Positions 59,527-64,000 of a DNA stretch of 64,000 nt are shown in pieces. Every line of letters starts with the position of its first letter. The stretch's first letter is position 1. This stretch comes from a bacterium (GTDB taxonomy: Bacteria; AUK180), in assembly GCA_023144005.1 (NCBI GenBank), contig JAGLGN010000006.1, positions 1,841 to 65,840 of the forward strand, written 5' to 3'. A program made the translations under genes and the position numbers. The notes beneath the pieces are model-generated. The model saw only the letters and a program-made list of their open reading frames with translations, was not told the DNA's origin and did no database searches.

Positions 59527-60458
59527 ATCAATATTCTGGCTGGGGTGGAAGGACTCGAACCCTCGAATGGCGGGACCAAAACCCACTGCCTTTCCACTTG
59601 GCTACACCCCAGCATTTTAGTTCCTATCAAATTGTTGGCACGTTCTTTGCCGAACATATCTAAAAATACATCTTTATTCTTGGGGATAAAGAAAATGGTA
59701 GACCCACTTCCGCTGAGCCGCGCAAACCAACTGTTTTCTTTGATCAGATCAAATGTCTCACTATACTCGGGGCATAAGCTGAAAAAAGAGTTCTCAAGAT
59801 CATTGAAACCCACCTCTCCCAATTCAGTAAATGAACAATTATTGCAAATAAATTGTATTTTACTGATTTTTTCATTTCTTGTCAATACTGAAGCGTAATT
59901 TTGACGATCGAAATTCTTAAACACTTCTGAGGTCAAAGCGCCCTTTTCCGGGATAAAGAGAAAGAGTTCGTCACTGCAGGACATATCAAAATACTCGATC
60001 TTGTTCTGAATGCCCGTTATATTGGCGGCGGACCAGCCGGTGAGAAAGAAGGGAATGTCCTTTCCAAGATCGTAGGCATATTTGAAAAGATCCTTGATGT
60101 CGCCGAACGGATGAAAATTCAAATGAAGGTATCGAAGGAATGCCGCCGCGTCGGACGAGCCGCCGCCCAGGCCCCCGCAAACGGGTATGTTCTTTTTTAA
60201 AGATATTTCGATGCCGGATATTTCGGGCATGGATCCGCTGAGATCTTCCCATATCCTTTCCAGAAGATTCTTACCTTTTAGATCTTTCGCATACGGGCCG
60301 GAGACCTTCAAGTCAAAACCGGATGGGCTCTTTTTGAAAGTAAGTTCATCCGAAAGTTCGATCAGGCAGAAAAGAGACTCTATCGGGTGAAAATTTTGAG
60401 AAGCTTTACCCACTGCGAGGTACATATTGACCTTTGCATGGGCCTTTTGGAAATTCAT
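59523..60458 (-). CDS. ispE: 4-diphosphocytidyl-2C-methyl-D-erythritol kinase
   Basis: AHAKVN, KNIPVCGGLGGGSSDAA, NDLE and LSGSGST motifs. Confidence 0.95.
   Translation of the reverse strand: MNFQKAHAKVNMYLAVGKASQNFHPIESLFCLIELSDELTFKKSPSGFDLKVSGPYAKDLKGKNLLERIWEDLSGSMPEISGIEISLKKNIPVCGGLGGGSSDAAAFLRYLHLNFHPFGDIKDLFKYAYDLGKDIPFFLTGWSAANITGIQNKIEYFDMSCSDELFLFIPEKGALTSEVFKNFDRQNYASVLTRNEKISKIQFICNNCSFTELGEVGFNDLENSFFSLCPEYSETFDLIKENSWFARLSGSGSTIFFIPKNKDVFLDMFGKERANNLIGTKMLGCSQVERQWVLVPPFEGSSPSTPARILI
59537..59611 (-). tRNA. tRNA-Gln(UUG)
   Basis: TGGGGTGTAGCCAAGTGGAAAGGCAGTGGGTTTTGGTCCCGCCATTCGAGGGTTCGAGTCCTTCCACCCCAGCCA; cloverleaf, anticodon TTG, encoded CCA. Confidence 0.97.
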
Positions 60459-61711
60459 ATCTTTTCCCTGAATATCTTTGCGCCTACGCTACTTAATTTC
60501 TTCTCCAGATTTTCATAGCCCCTGTCAATATGATAGATTCGGCGAATAACCGTCTCTCCCTTCGCTGCCAATGCGGCGAGAACAAGGGAGGCTCCTGCTC
60601 GAATATCCGATGCCATGATCGGGGCGGCTTGAAGCGTTTTCACGCCATTGATAATTATACTTTCGCCTTCTTTATGGATGTCGGCGCCCATTCTTTCCAA
60701 TTCGGGAACCCACATGAAGCGATTCTCAAATATGGTCTCGTGAATATGCGAGGTTCCCTTATTTAAGGTCAGTAATACTCCAAGCAGTGGCTGAAGGTCG
60801 GTTGGAAATCCGGGATACGGCAATGTTCTCACATCGATATTCCCTTTCATTTTTCCAGCTTTAAAGGTGTAAATGCCTTCTTCTTCATCCAGACGTACAT
60901 GATGCCCCATATCCTCAAGTTTCTCTCGAAAGGAGGAAATAATATCGGAATGCTGCCATTTTAATTTGATCTCACCACCGGTGATCAGCGCCGCGGCGCC
61001 TAATGTCCCGAGCTCGATACGGTCCGGCATAACAGAATATTCAATAGGGCTGAGAGTTTCTACGCCTTCTATCTCAATGTATTCTTCTTTTCTCATGATC
61101 TTCGCGCCGGAACGATTAAGGAACTCAACAAGGTCCCAGATCTCGGGCTCTTTGGCGAAGTTCTTCATCTTCGTAATACCTTTCGCCAGAACCGCTGCCA
61201 TAATAAGATTGCATGTGGCGCCTACGGAAGGGAAGGCCAAATTTATCTCTGAACCCTTCAGGTGTTTTGCCTTTCCGACGATATCACCGCCATTTACCTC
61301 GATCGAGGCGCCTAATTTCTCAAAGCCCTTGAGGTGTATGTCGATAGGGCGTACACCCAGGGAACAACCGCCGGGAAAAGAGACTCGCGTATGTCCCTTG
61401 GTAGCCAAAAGCGGCCCCATAACATATATTGAGGCACGCATCGTTTTCACTAATTCATAAGGGGCCTGGTCACTTCTGAGATCAGTAGGATCAATGGTGA
61501 GCCGATTATTTTCAAATGTTGTTTCGGCACCTAGAATATTCAGAAGCTTGATCATTGTCCTTATATCAGCGAGTTCGGGGATATTTGTAAGTGTGACCTT
61601 TTCTTTGAAGAGAAGGGAAGCGGCGATTATCGGCAAGGCGGCATTCTTTGAGCCGCTGACCGTTAATTGACCGAATAACGGCTGTCCGCCGATGATGCGA
61701 AATGAATCCAT
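60455..61711 (-). CDS. murA: UDP-GlcNAc 1-carboxyvinyltransferase
   Basis: GSKNAALP, MRAS, PGGCSLG.RP and PGFPTD motifs. Confidence 0.98.
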   Translation of the reverse strand: MDSFRIIGGQPLFGQLTVSGSKNAALPIIAASLLFKEKVTLTNIPELADIRTMIKLLNILGAETTFENNRLTIDPTDLRSDQAPYELVKTMRASIYVMGPLLATKGHTRVSFPGGCSLGVRPIDIHLKGFEKLGASIEVNGGDIVGKAKHLKGSEINLAFPSVGATCNLIMAAVLAKGITKMKNFAKEPEIWDLVEFLNRSGAKIMRKEEYIEIEGVETLSPIEYSVMPDRIELGTLGAAALITGGEIKLKWQHSDIISSFREKLEDMGHHVRLDEEEGIYTFKAGKMKGNIDVRTLPYPGFPTDLQPLLGVLLTLNKGTSHIHETIFENRFMWVPELERMGADIHKEGESIIINGVKTLQAAPIMASDIRAGASLVLAALAAKGETVIRRIYHIDRGYENLEKKLSSVGAKIFREKI

Positions 61712-62583
61712 CAGCCCCTTTTCTCCGCTATCAGGAATCTGGGAACACCGTTCAGATCTTCAGCGAATTCTATTGAGAAATACCTTGAGGCGAATGCCTC
61801 GACATCTCTTTTCTGATCGTCTCCGATCTCAACGATGAGGACTCCGTTATACTTCAAGAGGCCATTTGCGACAAGGATGATCTTCTTTATAAATTCGAGA
61901 CCGTCTGCGCCGGCGGCCAATGCGTAATGCGGTTCGTATTGGCTGATTTCGGGCATGAGTTTTTCCACTTGCTCATCCGGAATATATGGGGGATTGGAAA
62001 CTATTACATCAACATAACCGTCTATCGTCGTTTTCAATTCTTCATAGTCATCGTGAATAGAGCGGTTCATAAATTTTATTTTTCCCTTGACGCCGTTCTC
62101 TTCCGCATTGCGCTTAGCGACTTCGAGGCTCTTCTCATTATTGTCCATTGCGAACACTTCCACAATATTTGAATTCTTGGCGATAGAGACCGCTATATTG
62201 CCGCTACCGGTGCCGATATCAAGTACCGAGAGCATTCTTTCGAAACGATTGTTGATATGCTCCAAAGCAAGCTCTACCAATGTTTCCGTTTCCGGACGGG
62301 GGATCAATACGGATTCATTCACCATGAATTCCAAACCGTAAAAAGCAGCGGTTCCCAGGATATACTGCATGGGTTTGCGGCGCATCCTTTCCTTGATCAA
62401 TGATTTGTACTGATCTATCTTTTCCTGCGCGATAAAGCCGCTCAGGTCGATGTAGAGCTGTATCCTTGTCTTATTCACAACATGACAGAGCAGCATCTCC
62501 GCTTCCAGCTTACCCTTTTCAATACCGGCTTCCTTCAGGGCGGCATCGCCATACTTGATCAATTCTAAGATCTTATTATCCAT
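61711..62583 (-). CDS. prmC: Release factor glutamine methyltransferase
   Basis: LIPRPETE, DIGTGSG and SNPPY motifs. Confidence 0.97.
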   Translation of the reverse strand: MDNKILELIKYGDAALKEAGIEKGKLEAEMLLCHVVNKTRIQLYIDLSGFIAQEKIDQYKSLIKERMRRKPMQYILGTAAFYGLEFMVNESVLIPRPETETLVELALEHINNRFERMLSVLDIGTGSGNIAVSIAKNSNIVEVFAMDNNEKSLEVAKRNAEENGVKGKIKFMNRSIHDDYEELKTTIDGYVDVIVSNPPYIPDEQVEKLMPEISQYEPHYALAAGADGLEFIKKIILVANGLLKYNGVLIVEIGDDQKRDVEAFASRYFSIEFAEDLNGVPRFLIAEKRG

Positions 62584-63664
62584 TTTTCACCATTTTTTCC
62601 AATTTCTTCAAATTATCCTCAAATCTAAGCGCAGCTATCATATCTTCGATGTATCCGCCAAGGAACATATCCAATTTATACAGGGTCAGCTTGATCCTGT
62701 GATCGGTGATCCGGTTCTGCGGAAAATTGTATGTCCTTATCTTTTCGGAACGGTCTCCCGACCCGATCATAGACCTTCTCAAGGAATCCCGCTCTGCCGC
62801 CAATTTCCTTTGTTCCTCTTCATAGAGTTTTGTACGAAGAATGATCATGGCCTTGGCCTTGTTCTGTATCTGGGATTTCTCATCCTGACAGGTCACCACG
62901 ATTCCGGAAGGTACATGGGTTACACGCACCGCGGAATCAGTTGTATTGACACTCTGTCCCCCCGGGCCTGAGGATCTGAAAACATCTATTTTCAGGTCTT
63001 CATTATTGATCTTAACATCCACATCCTTGGCTTCCGGTAAAACGGCGACAGTCACCGCAGATGTATGCAGGCGGCCCTGAGATTCGGTAGCGGGTACGCG
63101 CTGTACTCTGTGGACACCGCTCTCATATTTCAAAAAGGAGAATGTGTTCTTTCCGCTGATCTTGACCACGGCATCCTTAATGCCGCCCATTCCGGTATCA
63201 CTGAAGCTCAATACCTCTGTTTTCCATTTATTCATCTCGGCGAATTTGGTATACATGCGAAGAAGTTCCGCGGCGAATAATGCCGCTTCATCGCCGCCGG
63301 TGCCGGCTCGGATCTCCATGATCGCATTCCTCGAATCTTCTGCTATCGGGGGTACTATTTTGAGGATCAGCACTTGATGGAGTGCGATTTTCTTGCTTTC
63401 GAGCTCGGGAAGCTCCTCTTTTAAAAGAGCAACCATTTCGGGATCTTCATTCTTGGAGATCGCATCCTCATATTCCGAGATCCTGCCCACAACGGTAGAA
63501 TATTTCTCAAAAACCTCAGCAACTTCCTTCATGCGAGTGTATTTCTTGGTTAATTCCACATACTCGCTTGAATCAGAGAACTCTTCAGGGTGTGAAACCC
63601 TTTTTTCGATCTCTTTAAATTCCTCTAAGAGTATGGAAATTACATTTTCCAAACTCATATGCAA
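62576..63664 (-). CDS. prfA: Peptide chain release factor 1
   Basis: PAT tripeptide and GGQ motif. Confidence 0.98.
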   Translation of the reverse strand: MHMSLENVISILLEEFKEIEKRVSHPEEFSDSSEYVELTKKYTRMKEVAEVFEKYSTVVGRISEYEDAISKNEDPEMVALLKEELPELESKKIALHQVLILKIVPPIAEDSRNAIMEIRAGTGGDEAALFAAELLRMYTKFAEMNKWKTEVLSFSDTGMGGIKDAVVKISGKNTFSFLKYESGVHRVQRVPATESQGRLHTSAVTVAVLPEAKDVDVKINNEDLKIDVFRSSGPGGQSVNTTDSAVRVTHVPSGIVVTCQDEKSQIQNKAKAMIILRTKLYEEEQRKLAAERDSLRRSMIGSGDRSEKIRTYNFPQNRITDHRIKLTLYKLDMFLGGYIEDMIAALRFEDNLKKLEKMVKNG

Positions 63665-63865
63665 TTATTTGAGATTGTATTTCTTCTTGAATTTTTCCAA
63701 AGTTCCTTGAGTGTCAACAAATCTTTGCTGACCCGTAAAGAAGGGGTGACATGCCGAACATATTTCAACTTTCAGCTCCTTCTTGGTTGACCTGGTTACA
63801 AAAGTACTTCCACAGGCACAACTCACGTTACACTCAACATATTTTGGATGGATGTCTTTTTTCAT
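63665..63865 (-). CDS. rpmE: 50S ribosomal protein L31 (Zn-type)
   Basis: [21 protein letters not shown]. Confidence 0.98.
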   Translation of the reverse strand: MKKDIHPKYVECNVSCACGSTFVTRSTKKELKVEICSACHPFFTGQQRFVDTQGTLEKFKKKYNLK

Positions 63866-64000
63866 AATATCCTCCGATTATATAATATCAATCAAAGTGG
63901 CATTGTATCAAAATCTGACAATAAAATCAAATGCAAAGTGTGCCTTCAAGCGCATTTTGCATTTGAAGTGTGAAGTGTGGTGTGTGAAGTGTAAGTAGTG

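Noticed and set aside
18777..59586. Long N-terminal extensions on S4, L30, L6, L2, MutL and GlmU in the ORF track
   Set aside because: Artefacts of first-start calling; they overlap upstream genes, and internal ATGs match family N-termini.
1..64000. Alternative genetic code or prophage
   Set aside because: TAA, TAG and TGA all terminate conserved genes at expected positions; no phage or integrase genes seen.

Overview
Chromosomal window from a diderm bacterium (LptE, MlaEFD, TonB/ExbBD, OM beta-barrels, a Por/T9SS-like C-terminal domain protein; probably an FCB-adjacent or candidate-phylum lineage, which is inference), standard genetic code, with most genes on the minus strand. The core content is the complete str-S10-spc-alpha ribosomal superoperon (rpsL to rplQ, 17.0-36.7 kb), leuS-lptE, and a long rpmE-prfA-prmC-murA-ispE-tRNA-Gln-glmU(N)-prs-rplY-pth-rpsF-ssb-rpsR-rplI-dnaB-mlaEFD-mutL run. 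There is also a TonB-dependent uptake locus and two type IV prepilin-like genes, one of them a 1106-aa giant. The most striking feature is a non-autonomous 273-bp fold-back element with six copies plus a remnant, all in one orientation. It inserts without a target duplication, nests inside itself and splits one gene. In two genes it landed exactly after codon 5 and its terminal repeat supplies a replacement in-frame 5-codon start (MNQNT). Other notable items: an isochorismatase/flavoprotein/RlmN-like radical SAM operon, a str-operon EF-G with degenerate domain IV, a tRNA nested inside ispE, an MlaD with a beta-rich tail, and further MITE/REP families. All calls come from reading the sequence; no searches were run.
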